From Octopus vulgaris (Eukaryota): a stretch of 64,000 nucleotides of DNA. The stretch spans positions 51,646,001 to 51,710,000 of the forward strand of contig OX597826.1 of assembly GCA_951406725.2 (NCBI GenBank), in the 5' to 3' direction. Below the pieces are notes generated by a model, which saw only the letters and a list, made by a program, of their open reading frames with translations, made no database searches and had not been told where the DNA came from. The translations under genes were made by a program, and so were the position numbers. Of this stretch, positions 15,519 through 26,472 are shown one piece after another (the first letter of the stretch is position 1; each line of letters starts with the position of its first letter).

Positions 15519-15714
15519 GGTGGCCCAAAAGTAGGTTTACAGTTATTCCACTATGTCTTTCGCATTCATATATTAACTGTTTAAATCTTTATTATATAAA
15601 AGTATGAAACCATTATTTAGTTAATTTTAAGATAGAAATTTAAATGTAGTAAAATGCTTAAAAAAATTGACCGTGCCTACGTCATAAACGTAAACCTACT
15701 TTTGGGCCACCCTG
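15516..15714. mobile_element. Tc1/mariner-type MITE
   Basis: Perfect 25-bp TIRs CAGGGTGGCCCAAAAGTAGGTTTAC (15516-15540; 15690-15714), TA on both sides, AT-rich non-coding interior. Confidence 0.93.
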
Positions 15715-16799
15715 TATATAATGATAGAGGGTAGCCTATTGAATTATCTCATTTATGTGATTTAGAGATACATAAGGCAAAATCGAAAATCAGTGACAAT
15801 TGAAATCAAAGCAGTGAGTGAAATGAAATATAAGCACTAAGTTCGACGCGTTGTTGCTTTTACCACTCTACCAGCATTTTGTTAGATTATTTTGCCTTTT
15901 TACTTCAGTTCTCTTGTATTCGGTTGTATTTTTCCCTTTTAATGAAAAAGTGTTGAGATATTTAATCGTGATACTCTTAGAATATCACACGTGTTTTCTC
16001 TGTAACAACAAAGAAACAAGCGTTCTTCTTTCCAATAAAAATATCCCTCTCGTTTATCTATGGCTACCACTTATGCTTGCTTTTATTAGCAAGCTAATAT
16101 TAATTTTCCATTGAATTGTTATTTTCCTTTAAAAATAAATGACTATATAAATAATACTATCATATTACATATCGTCAATTAAAAAGAAAGTTCTCTTTTA
16201 TAAAAATTAGAGACAATTTATTCTTGTTTATAAATGTTTACGGCTTTAATCATAAATGTAAAGGGCATTAGAAAATCTCGTTAAAAATTTATGTTTACAA
16301 AGATTATAAAAGAAAGAAATCTAAATTTTATGTCTAATTTTCTTTTGCTTTCGTCTCGTTTGATAAGCAAATATAAATAATATTACACATACAACGATGC
16401 TTTCTATTATACCATTCAAAGTATATTGTGTATATCGCCTTTATTCGAATCATTTATATTCTAACATTAAAATGATGCTTATACATATGCATAGCGCAAT
16501 ATCAGTTTCATGTTCTGAAAGAACATTCCAGTAGTTTGGGATGTTGGAGAGTGATAACATCAGAAAACTACTTTTTTAAAATAGGAAAGTGTAACCTCAG
16601 TTATGTATTAATAATTCTTGCGAAGTGAGAGGACATTAAAATACTGGTATATAGCTATTTTTCATCGGGTGATTGGGGCACGAGGCATATCTACTGCTAA
16701 ATAGGGAGCAGGAACGATGCACATAACACTGACCTGCAGCTGTTTAATATGATCAGGTTTTTATGACAGGTATTGACAACAGGGTCTTTAGGTGGTGAC

Positions 16800-17430
16800 C
16801 TTTTCGTTATTCGATCAATTTCGAATAACGAAATTGTTCTAATTTCGTTAATATATGGGAACGTATATCATTATCTTTTCTTGCCGTTAACCCTTGAACA
16901 AAAATTAGACATTTGAACAAATTAGGGGTTAATTCATTTTTATAAAATTTTTCACACCCTCTGTTAACGACCGCTGCATAGGTGACGAAATCATCGTTTT
17001 TAAATAAATTTCAATATTGTCAATGAATATTGAACAGGGAATCTCTTTCACTGAAAATTCTCGATAACAAATTAGTTGTTTCATCGAAACAAATCTCACC
17101 TATTTCTTTGGCTGTTTATAGTTACAGTATGTTTCTTGTTCGGGAGGGGATAACTTTCTTAAAAGTAGTCGCACCTCCTTCGCGCATTCCAATTTTTACA
17201 TTCTTTGAAGATTTTTTGGTAGTTTCGAAAGTATGAAGAAACAGTAGTACCTTCTTCTGGGTTATAAATAAACTCTCCAATTGAATTTACTACACGTTTG
17301 ACGAGAACGAAAGTGAATTATTTTCAGACTTCTTAAACATTACTTCCAGTAACTGTTGTTATTGTTGTTGTTGCTCTTCTAGCTGTTGTTGCCGTTGCAA
17401 CTGTACCACGCGAGCCAACAAATCTTCCAT
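16800..17430 (-). mobile_element. Ty3/Gypsy LTR retrotransposon gag relic
   Basis: Minus strand MEDLLARVVQLQRQQQ...VVNSIGEFIYNPEEGTTVSSYFRNY...FVTYAAVVNRGCEK...LFKCLIFVQGLTARKDNDIRSHILTKLEQ, with stops and frameshifts; possible PBS/LTR remnant near 17520-17700. Confidence 0.75.
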
Positions 17431-18960
17431 GTTAAATAACTTTTTCTTTAGTTTCGTGCCGAAAAACAAAATATAAACGTCCTACCCAAGCTTCAAATAT
17501 TTCATCGCCGCTTTTATATCCTGCCTCAGGTTGATACATATCAATGTATTCACATAACGTATTTCGCGAGTCTACCAAAACCTTCTCTCTCTCTCTCTCT
17601 GACTTCTACGACCTCTACTCTTTATAACACTTCGGCTAGTCCATTCTCCAATCCGCCAGGAGTGTCAAAACAGAAACTTCATTTATAAATAAAAGAGTTT
17701 GAGCGAGGATACGAAACTACATGACAGAAACGATTCACTAGTAGCTCACCACAAAGTTTATATTTGGTAGAGTCCTAGGATTTACAGAGCCAGTTCTATG
17801 ATGCATAAGTGACCGAGATCCGAGAACCCCCCCCACTCTGTTCAGGGTGCTAGTCCGTCTTATGGTTACTTGTTTAAAGCTGAAAGGACTGGAGCATTGT
17901 GAAATAAGACTGTTTTGCTTAAGAATACAATTTACCTCGAATCAAAGATCACGAAATCGCGTGATCTAGCGATTGAGCCTCACATCTCTGCCAAAGTCTA
18001 GCTATTGGACCATGCATCTCCACGAAAATCAGATTCCATTTCAATATATGAAACCGGCATTTGAATAGTAAATTGTTCGTTAATTTATTAACTGAAATAA
18101 ACAGAATAATTCATAAAGATTTGTGCTAAATTTTATTTGCTGTCATATGCGCGCATGCGTGTTTACGCGGGAATATGATAAAAACATTGCAATTTCTGAC
18201 ATATTATCTTATAGTTCTTATATAAATCGCTTTGCTACTTTGTTGCTTCATTTATTTAATTATCATTCAGCTGTCAGTATACAATAGAAACAAAGCATAT
18301 AATTTGTATGCATATTGTAAATCTATCTAATCTCAATATTGCCTTTTGTAATGTAAAGTTAGTTATTTTAGCCACTGAATCTTCTGATCTTTACTATTGT
18401 TTCAGTAAGGCTTTATGATAAGAATAAATTCAGGATGACATGTTTACTCACTAAGATTTTATATATTCAGCATATATGCAAATTAAAGCTACATGGGTTA
18501 ACGCTTCTGTAGCTCTGTTGCTAATGTTAGAAGCATATTTCAGTCATTATTAGCTATCTGTTATTGGTCTTCCCAATAGATTTATCTGTTATTATTGTCA
18601 GTACGATTGGTTTCAATGACATAAAAAAAACGTAACGTAATCGATTCCACTATCATATAAGACACTCGCACGCGCATACACGCGCGCACGCACCACTACT
18701 TTTGCTTTAAACAAGGTCAATATTTTCTAGTAAATTCAACAAACAATTTCCTATTTTATTGATTTCAAAAGTAGTCCACCAAGTTCTGGAAAGGGGGTCC
18801 GTCAATTACATCGACCACAGTGATAACGAATCTGCTAGCTCGCCGCCTTAGCATTACTTATTATATTGATATAAAATGTCTTTGGAAATGATTGTGCCAG
18901 CGTTTATTTCACACTTATACACACACACGCGCGCTCATATATATACATATATACATATAT

Positions 18961-19048
<88 letters not shown>

Positions 19049-19096
19049 GCATAAGCATTTATATATATATATACATATATATATATATGCATAAGC

Positions 19097-19165
<69 letters not shown>

Positions 19166-20315
19166 CATATATGCACATATATGCGAATATATCTGTGAGA
19201 GTGTGTCTGTGTGATTGTGTGTGTGTGTGTGTGACAAACCGACGAAAATGTGAAAGAGTGTCCAGAAAATCCGATATAAAGAAGGATCTATTAAAAGTAT
19301 TCCCTCTACCACGTATCTGTGTATACAGGGCACACAAGTATCCTCAACGTAATACTCATATAGAATCTGCGCGATATAATATACGAATGTTACCCAATGA
19401 ATTAGTGTTCTTATTACTCTACTTCATTTGGAAGAAAAAATCGAGCCTAGAAAATAATAAAAGACAACTGCTCAAGTTTTCATGATTGAAGCTCAAATCT
19501 ATGACTCGTGGCGTCTATACCAAGTTGCTTGTTCAGAATCCACGTGTTGAAACTGGAATAAACATACCGTGGAAGAGACTTACTAGTGGTTGTAAAAAAA
19601 AAAAAAAGAAGACATAAAAGTGACGCTGTGGTGGTAACAGATGAAAGAAGGATTTTCCGAGATTTCTGACCGTTGAATGATCTTACTTATGACTGTGAAG
19701 TCGGAAGAAGAAATTGTAAGATTGTGACGTTAGATAGCAACGACAAAGAGAAAGATTACATATATAACAACCTATCAAGAGAGATGAAAATATTGTAAGA
19801 CAGAAATGCGTGAAATGTTTTTGTGATGGTGGCTGCACGCGATACAACACACAACCACCCCTCCAAGTGACTGAAACATACGGAGTTTAGATACGCCTTG
19901 ATGTACTTTAATAATAATGAAAATAAGAAATAAGAAATAAGACAACAGGAAAATAAGAAATCCCGATTAGTTTTGTCTGTTTAGAAAAATGTTTTCGTCA
20001 TGACTTCAGTGAGACGAAAACTTCTATAAACAATTTGTAATGCCTAGTTACTTTCCACCCACCCTATAAATACGAATCATCTATATCTAACACGTACATA
20101 TAATGTATATAATATATGCGTGTGTGTCCGTGTATGGGAATAAATCATTTTCATTTCTGGATTGTCTGAATAGCTCCCATGTCTTGCTGCGTTGTCACGT
20201 GGGACTGACATAGCGAAGTCTTCGAGTAAATATGAAATTGCTCGGGTGCTAGACCGAAATAAATTTTGAGATGAGATGCAATGTAAACAAAACTTTTGAT
20301 AGCTTTATGTGTATA

Positions 20316-20365
<50 letters not shown>

Positions 20366-20375
<10 letters not shown>

Positions 20376-20812
20376 CAACGCAGTACCGATATTTACTGGA
20401 AATAGCGAACGTAATAACGTGGTAACATCTGAAATGTTGTCGTGGTATATGTTTGGCTGATGAAGATAGATCAAGTATATGTGTGCAGGCATATCTTGAA
20501 AAATCTGAAACCGGCTCCGGTCCCACATTATCCTTTTCTAGGTATTTCATCTTTCAGATGTTCTCCCTGGAGGTATGACAATTTTTTTTCAAGTTTGTTG
20601 CACTCACGCATTTTTGCTAGTACATACGCGGTGAAGCTATACATTAGCGTCGTATTATTACGTTCGCTATTTCCAGTAAATATCGGTACTTCGTTGTGCC
20701 ATATATTTACTTCTTTGTATAATTTTCCCTCACGGGCTAGTCTTTACTGGAAAGCAGTACTCTCGTATTGCATTACTAATTTTATTGAAGCTTCTTCACC
20801 GTTCTCGTTCTG
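20366..20812 (+). mobile_element. (TA)n-embedded fold-back element carrying a hammerhead ribozyme (Penelope pLTR-like, non-autonomous)
   Basis: ~52-bp inverted arms 20366-20417 and 20655-20706 with one mismatch; hammerhead between them; TA tracts on both sides. Confidence 0.8.
20449..20528 (+). ncRNA. Type I hammerhead ribozyme motif
   Basis: Stem I atg(tt)tgg/ccacat; core CTGATGA 20457-20463; stem II AGAT...ATCT extended by TCAAG/CTTGA and ATATG/CATAT; GAAA 20507-20510; stem III ACCG/CGGT with GCTC loop; GTC cleavage triplet 20520-20522. Confidence 0.82.
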
Positions 20813-20836
20813 TTATATATATATATATATATATAT

Positions 20837-21135
20837 GTGGAGGTGCAATGGCCTAGTGGTTAGGGAAGCGGACTCGCGGTCGTAAGATCGAGGTTTCGAT
20901 TCCCAGACCGCGCGTTGTGAGTGTTTATTGAGCGAAGACACCTAAAGCTCCACGAGGCTCCGGCAGGGGATGGTGGCGATCCCTGCTGTACTCTTTCGCC
21001 ACAACTTTCTCTCACTCTTTCTTCTGTTGGCCTGCTCGCTTAGCCAGCGAGGTGGCGTCATTTGAAGGCTAAAACAATGCGAAGCGCATCGTGACCAGCG
21101 ATGTGTAGCAACATCTGATAGCCTGGTCGGTCAGG

Positions 21136-21140
<5 letters not shown>
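20837..21140 (+). mobile_element. SINE family C (tRNA-Arg-like head; resembles octopus OR-type SINEs), full length
   Basis: gtggaggtgcaatggcctagtggttagg A-box, gtttcgattccc B-box; inverted near-identical copy at 29481-29784. Confidence 0.88.
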
Positions 21141-21178
<38 letters not shown>

Positions 21179-21185
<7 letters not shown>

Positions 21186-21535
21186 TTTTGGAAAAACTAA
21201 AAGGAGAGTTTTTAAAAAGAATATTTGCATAGTATTCAAATACAAGTGGCAGCTTCCTTGCTTCTGCCTGTTTCTGTCTCTCTTGTTTACTCTTATGGGT
21301 TCGAGGTCGAACCTATAAGAATAACAAGATATACAGAAACAGGCAGAAACAAGGAAAATGCCACTTGTATTTGAATACTATGCAAATATTCTTTTTAAAA
21401 ACTTTTCTTTTAATTTTTCCAAAATATAATTGTTTTCCATACTTACAGTTGAAAAAATCTCAATGACTAGAATCGGTACTGAAATGTGTTTTATAAAATT
21501 ATCTTAGCATTTTCTACCTTGACTTTTTTCCATAT
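21179..21535. mobile_element. (TA)n-flanked long fold-back element (126-bp hairpin arms plus tail)
   Basis: 21179-21304 versus 21307-21431 about 90% complementary around a 2-nt GG loop. Confidence 0.85.
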
Positions 21536-21589
21536 ATATCAACTCGTGTGTATCTTTTCAATATTCTACACACACACACACTCACACAC

Positions 21590-21642
21590 ACACACATATG
21601 AGGAGGGAGATTGTATATAGAGAAAGTGAGAGATAGAGAGAA

Positions 21643-21715
<73 letters not shown>

Positions 21716-21765
21716 AGCAGGTGTAATCGGCATTGTGTATGTGTGCCGAATGTCTAGAAAAGTTA
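21590..21765 (+). repeat. Local duplication, copy 1 (GA microsatellite plus unique flanks)
   Basis: aggagggagattgtat...(GA)n gtcaagcaggtgtaatcggcattgtgtatgtgtgccgaatgtctagaaaagtta recurs at 24020-24168. Confidence 0.9.
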
Positions 21766-22236
21766 TTTTTACTAAGCTTAAATGACTCAACTTCTAGAAT
21801 CTCTTCATATGCAGCTTTTAGTGTGTGATTATATTTGCATACAAATTTTATAGTAATACCTGCCTAACATTGAATTTTCCCAGGTTTCCCATGATGCTAT
21901 TGATATTGGGTTTATTGGTATTTTTGAGTTTGTGGTTTGCGAAAATGCTGGGTCTTTCTGGTTTTATTTTTTGTGATTCTTAATCGAAATGCACGTCATA
22001 AGACTGAAGCAATTCCAAAACAGCTGTATGGTATTTTGAAAAATATCCGTTGTGCGGTGGGGGCTAAGCAACATTACTTTTGCTTAATTTTAACGGTTGG
22101 TGGAAATGATACCTGCTTGGTCGATCACGTGTGCGTGCAACACGTGCGCGCGCACACACATACACACATACACGCACGCACACATACACATATGTGTGTG
22201 AGTTGCTGTATACATATTTAAATATATGTATGTGCA

Positions 22237-22287
<51 letters not shown>

Positions 22288-22308
22288 TTATCTATCTATC
22301 TATAGCTA

Positions 22309-22360
<52 letters not shown>

Positions 22361-23005
22361 TTCATATCTATAAATTTAGTATTGAGTGTATATGAAGGTA
22401 TCCAATACATTATGTATTTAGTCTTCTTATGAATTTGGTTGTATGTATAGAATGTATCGTTAGTTTTAATGGTGCTTCATCGATTCTCAACGGAAAATTG
22501 AAATGAAATACAGCTCGTATATCCATATCGTTCGGATATGCCTTGTAATATCCATAAAATACTTAAGTTCGATTGGTTTGAGGCGTTCTATACACTAGTT
22601 ATTTTCTTCATACACATTCCCTCACATACATAAACACACCTACATATACATGCATGCACGTACATAAGCCGAAATATATATATGCAAATATAAATATAGC
22701 TGTGTAAAGAACGACATTCTCTATATTCAAGCTGTTATTTTATTGCGATAAAGCTTAACAGGTGACTTATATATTTCTCTCGACATGCAGATAAAATCAG
22801 AACTACTTCACAGATTTATGTAGCGGTTTTAGTTTTGATCAAAGTTAGATTAACGTCTGATATGCCCAGGGATAGGAATACATGTCTTATCTGCATAATA
22901 TATTTGTTAAATGTACTGAGTTTGATCAACTAATTAATACACTTTGCACCATTATTAAAGTGTTGGCAAATTTAATTATTCTCTAAATAACGTTTATTCT
23001 TCACC

Positions 23006-23082
<77 letters not shown>

Positions 23083-23092
23083 GTGTGTGTGT

Positions 23093-23225
23093 ATACATGC
23101 GCATAATAGGAATGACCACTTAGTTGTCATCCCTATTATACGCAGGTATTGCAATTTATCTGAATTTTAAGATTTTTCCGTATGCTAGTCTACTGGTTTT
23201 AAATTGATATTAATTAAATTAATAT
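23093..23225. mobile_element. Small (TA/TG)n-flanked fold-back element
   Basis: atacatgcgcataataggaatgac versus gtcatccctattatacgcaggtat (24-bp arms, 3 mismatches), followed by a tail. Confidence 0.65.
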
Positions 23226-23228
23226 ATA

Positions 23229-23562
23229 GCACCTTGGGCAAGTGTCTTCTACTATAGCCTTGGGCCGACCAAAGCCTTGTGAGTGGATTTGGTAGACGGA
23301 AACTGAAAGAAGCCCGTCGTATGTATGTATATATATATATATGTGTGTATGTGTGTGTGTTTGTGTGTCCCTGTTTGTCCCCCTAGAATTGGTTGACAAC
23401 CGCTGATGGTGTGTTTATGTCCCCCTCATTAGCGGTTCGGCAAAAGAGACCGATAGAATAAGTACTGGGCTTACAGAGAATAAGTCCCGGGGTCGAGTTG
23501 CTCGATTAAAGACGGTGCTCCAGCATGGCCGCAGTCAAATGACTGAAACAAGTAAAAGAGTA
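23229..23562 (+). mobile_element. SINE family A, 5'-truncated
   Basis: Begins gcaccttgggcaagtg, ends aaacaagtaaaagagtaa. Confidence 0.9.
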
Positions 23563-23582
23563 ATATATATATATATATTTAC

Positions 23583-23625
<43 letters not shown>

Positions 23626-24019
23626 GCACATACTTACACACACACATATATATGTGTATGTGTGTGTATCTCTCTGTGTGTGTAAGTGTGTATACACGTA
23701 TATAGCTATCTCCCCCACACGCACAGAGAGTAACATGCGCTAGTATGCGTTCTTTACAGTTGAAACAAAAATATTCACAAACCGGATAAACTTGTATATT
23801 GTAGTACAGAATCAAAAATAACTGAGCCTTGATGTACGCATTTATAGCTTTGTAAATATCTTTCGATCGTTTTTGAACTCTTCAGCACTTCTTTCTTCTG
23901 GAGAAGCTGAAAGATATATATATTGCTTTAAAATTTTGGTACTCGACCAGCAATTTCTAGGGAGGAGTATGTGAACAGGAAAGAATGAATGGGAAGGACG
24001 ATCTTGACAAACACACACA

Positions 24020-24073
24020 CACACACATATCAGGAGGGAGATTGTATACAGAGAAAGAGAGAGATAGAGAGAA

Positions 24074-24118
<45 letters not shown>

Positions 24119-24168
24119 AGCAGGTGTAATCGGCATTGTGTATGTGTGCCGAATGTCTAGAAAAGTTA
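24020..24168 (+). repeat. Local duplication, copy 2
   Basis: Matches 21590-21765 with a shorter GA run. Confidence 0.9.
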
Positions 24169-24286
24169 GGAAAGTAAAGACATACGAAATGCCGCTAAAC
24201 ATTTTGTCCCCCGTGATTCTGATAGCTCAACGCCTCCCGAAAGATACATATCAAAATTAATACATTCTAAATTTTTATTTGTGAGT

Positions 24287-24378
24287 GTGTGATGGTATGT
24301 GTGTCTGTGATGGCATGTGTCTGTGTGATGGCATGTGTGTGTGTGTGTGATGGCATGTGTGTGTGTGATGGCATGTGT
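24287..24378. repeat. Minisatellite of gtgatggcatgtgt-like units
   Basis: About five units visible. Confidence 0.8.
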
Positions 24379-24404
24379 TTGTGTGTGTGTGTATTTATAT
24401 ATAT

Positions 24405-24500
24405 AACCTCACATGTCAGCAACGCCATGGAACGCATTGTCAAGGGACAATTGTTTACTTTCCTAGAAGATAGTGACTTGCTTCCTGATACCCAGCATAA
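24405..24500 (+). mobile_element. CR1/L2/Jockey-group LINE RT fragment
   Basis: TSHVSNAMERIVKGQLFTFLEDSDLLPDTQH resembles the LTS..K.MERIV..QL..FLE...LL...QHGF RT motif. Confidence 0.65.
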
Positions 24501-24504
24501 GTCC

Positions 24505-24570
24505 TACTCGAAACCACGTTCTTACGACCGCGAGTCCGCTGCCTAACCACTGGGCCATTGCGCCTCCACT
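24505..24570 (-). mobile_element. SINE family C head fragment
   Basis: gaccgcgagtccgctgcctaaccactgggccattgcgcctccac. Confidence 0.8.
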
Positions 24571-24710
24571 GTGTAGCAGCTGACACATGAGGCCTCTGAA
24601 GTAGACTAGACTTTATGTACTCGTTACTCGGTGTCAAGGAGTTCACCTTTGACAAATTCAATACAAGCTTGGTTTGAGGAGGATTTGCACTGAGATGATA
24701 ATTGTTTTGA

Positions 24711-24941
24711 GGCGGCGAGCTGGCAGAAACGTTAGCACCCCGGGCGAAATGCTTTGCGGTATTTCGTCCGCCTCTGCGTTCTGAGTTCAAATTCCGCCGA
24801 GGTTGACTTTGCCTTTCATCCTTTCGGGGTCGATAAATTAAGTACCAGTTACGCACTGGGGTCGATGTAATCGACTTAATCCGTTTGTCTGTCCTTGTTT
24901 GTCCTCTCTGTGTTTATCCCCTTGTGGGTAATAAAGAAATG
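24711..24941 (+). mobile_element. SINE family B monomer, full length, with 14-bp TSD
   Basis: ggcggcgagctggcagaa head, gagttcaaattcc B-box, central gttgactttgcctttcatcctttcggggtcgataaa domain (Nin/Deu-like from memory); TSD gataattgttttga at 24697-24710 and 24942-24955. Confidence 0.93.
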
Positions 24942-25438
24942 GATAATTGTTTTGAAAGGTAATACAGTAGCAAAAATTAGAATTGTAGTCGGGTTGTGTT
25001 TGTGTGGTTAGAGTGTAACAACAAGTGGACTATTAAGGTATAGAAAGAAACGTTTTAGACATCTAAGCAAAGATTGGTGTACAACAAAGAGGTGAATCGG
25101 AGGAAAAAAAACCTAATCAGCAAGCACTATAATGAAGCATTGAGAGGTGGCAGTTCCAACGTGAGAAATAAAAGATCAATGTTTCCCATAGCAACTTAGC
25201 TAGAAAATACTCATGCCAGACATAATCGAAATCTTTGCTGAGTCATAGACTACAATACAGCAAAAGTTCAAATGCCAGAAATCTGCGGTAGTGTCGGACA
25301 TTTGGACTCAACGGAGATGAGAAAAGCAGAGAGAAAGAGGATGAGACTGAATAGTTGAAAATGTATATATATATATATATATATACATTTTATCAACTGC
25401 TATTTCCAGAAAACATTGGTGCCTTGTTGTAACCACTA

Positions 25439-25498
<60 letters not shown>

Positions 25499-26438
25499 AT
25501 ATACATGTATATATATAGAAAGAGAGAGAGATAACTGTATAGATAAAGAGAAAGAGAGAGATAAAGAGCGAACTGGTTGTCATTGAGAACAGTGTAAATG
25601 AAGGTGTTCTGTTTAGTTGCATTCACTTACATTATATTTGAGATGGTGGAGGTGCGATAGGTGAATAATGGTCAGAGTAAAATAGCATGGGCATCTTGAA
25701 CAATATCGTATGATTGCTGTAGAGAAATTTCATTGGTATAGCGGTGCAAATATTTGAAATAATGTCGAGGAAGAATGGAATGCTGCTGGTAGTGGTGATA
25801 AACTGGATGACGAATTAAATCTAATATCTTTTAGATGAAGTGGTATGTGTCTGGTTCAAGATAGATTTAGCTGCTAGTTCTAGCATATCGGGGAACCATA
25901 TGTAGTAGTCTGCTGTCGATTATTCATTATGATCAAATAATGATGGAATAGGCATAGCCAGAAAAAAAACTTGCTCAATAGCTTTGTTCTACAGAAAAAT
26001 GGTGGAGGCTATGCAACTTCAGAAATATCGACAACAAAAACGTTTTTGAACTGCTATTTATTTAAGTGTATTAGCCAGGAAGTATTTAGGAAAATTAATA
26101 TAATAGTCAGAATTCATGGTCACCATAAGTAATTTTGTAGAAATCGTGTGGGTATGCAACATGATTATGTATATATTTGAGTATACATTCCTTTTAGAAT
26201 CTGTATGCGTACATGTGTGCACGTTTATAATCAATAGATTTAATGTTGTAATTTTGTACTTTGTGAACTATTTAATCTTTATATTGCAAATATTTCAAAT
26301 TAAACGTATATACGGAAATATATTAAATTAAATGTATATCTCCCTTTTACACTCTGTCTCTCTCTATCGCCATATTTCTTTCTGTGTATATATTGATATA
26401 CATTTGTATGTATGTATGCATGCATGTACGTATGTATG

Positions 26439-26472
<34 letters not shown>

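Noticed and set aside
20837-20910. tRNA-Arg-like sequence
   Set aside because: SINE head that continues into a repeat body; no acceptor stem closure or Pol III terminator typical of a tRNA gene
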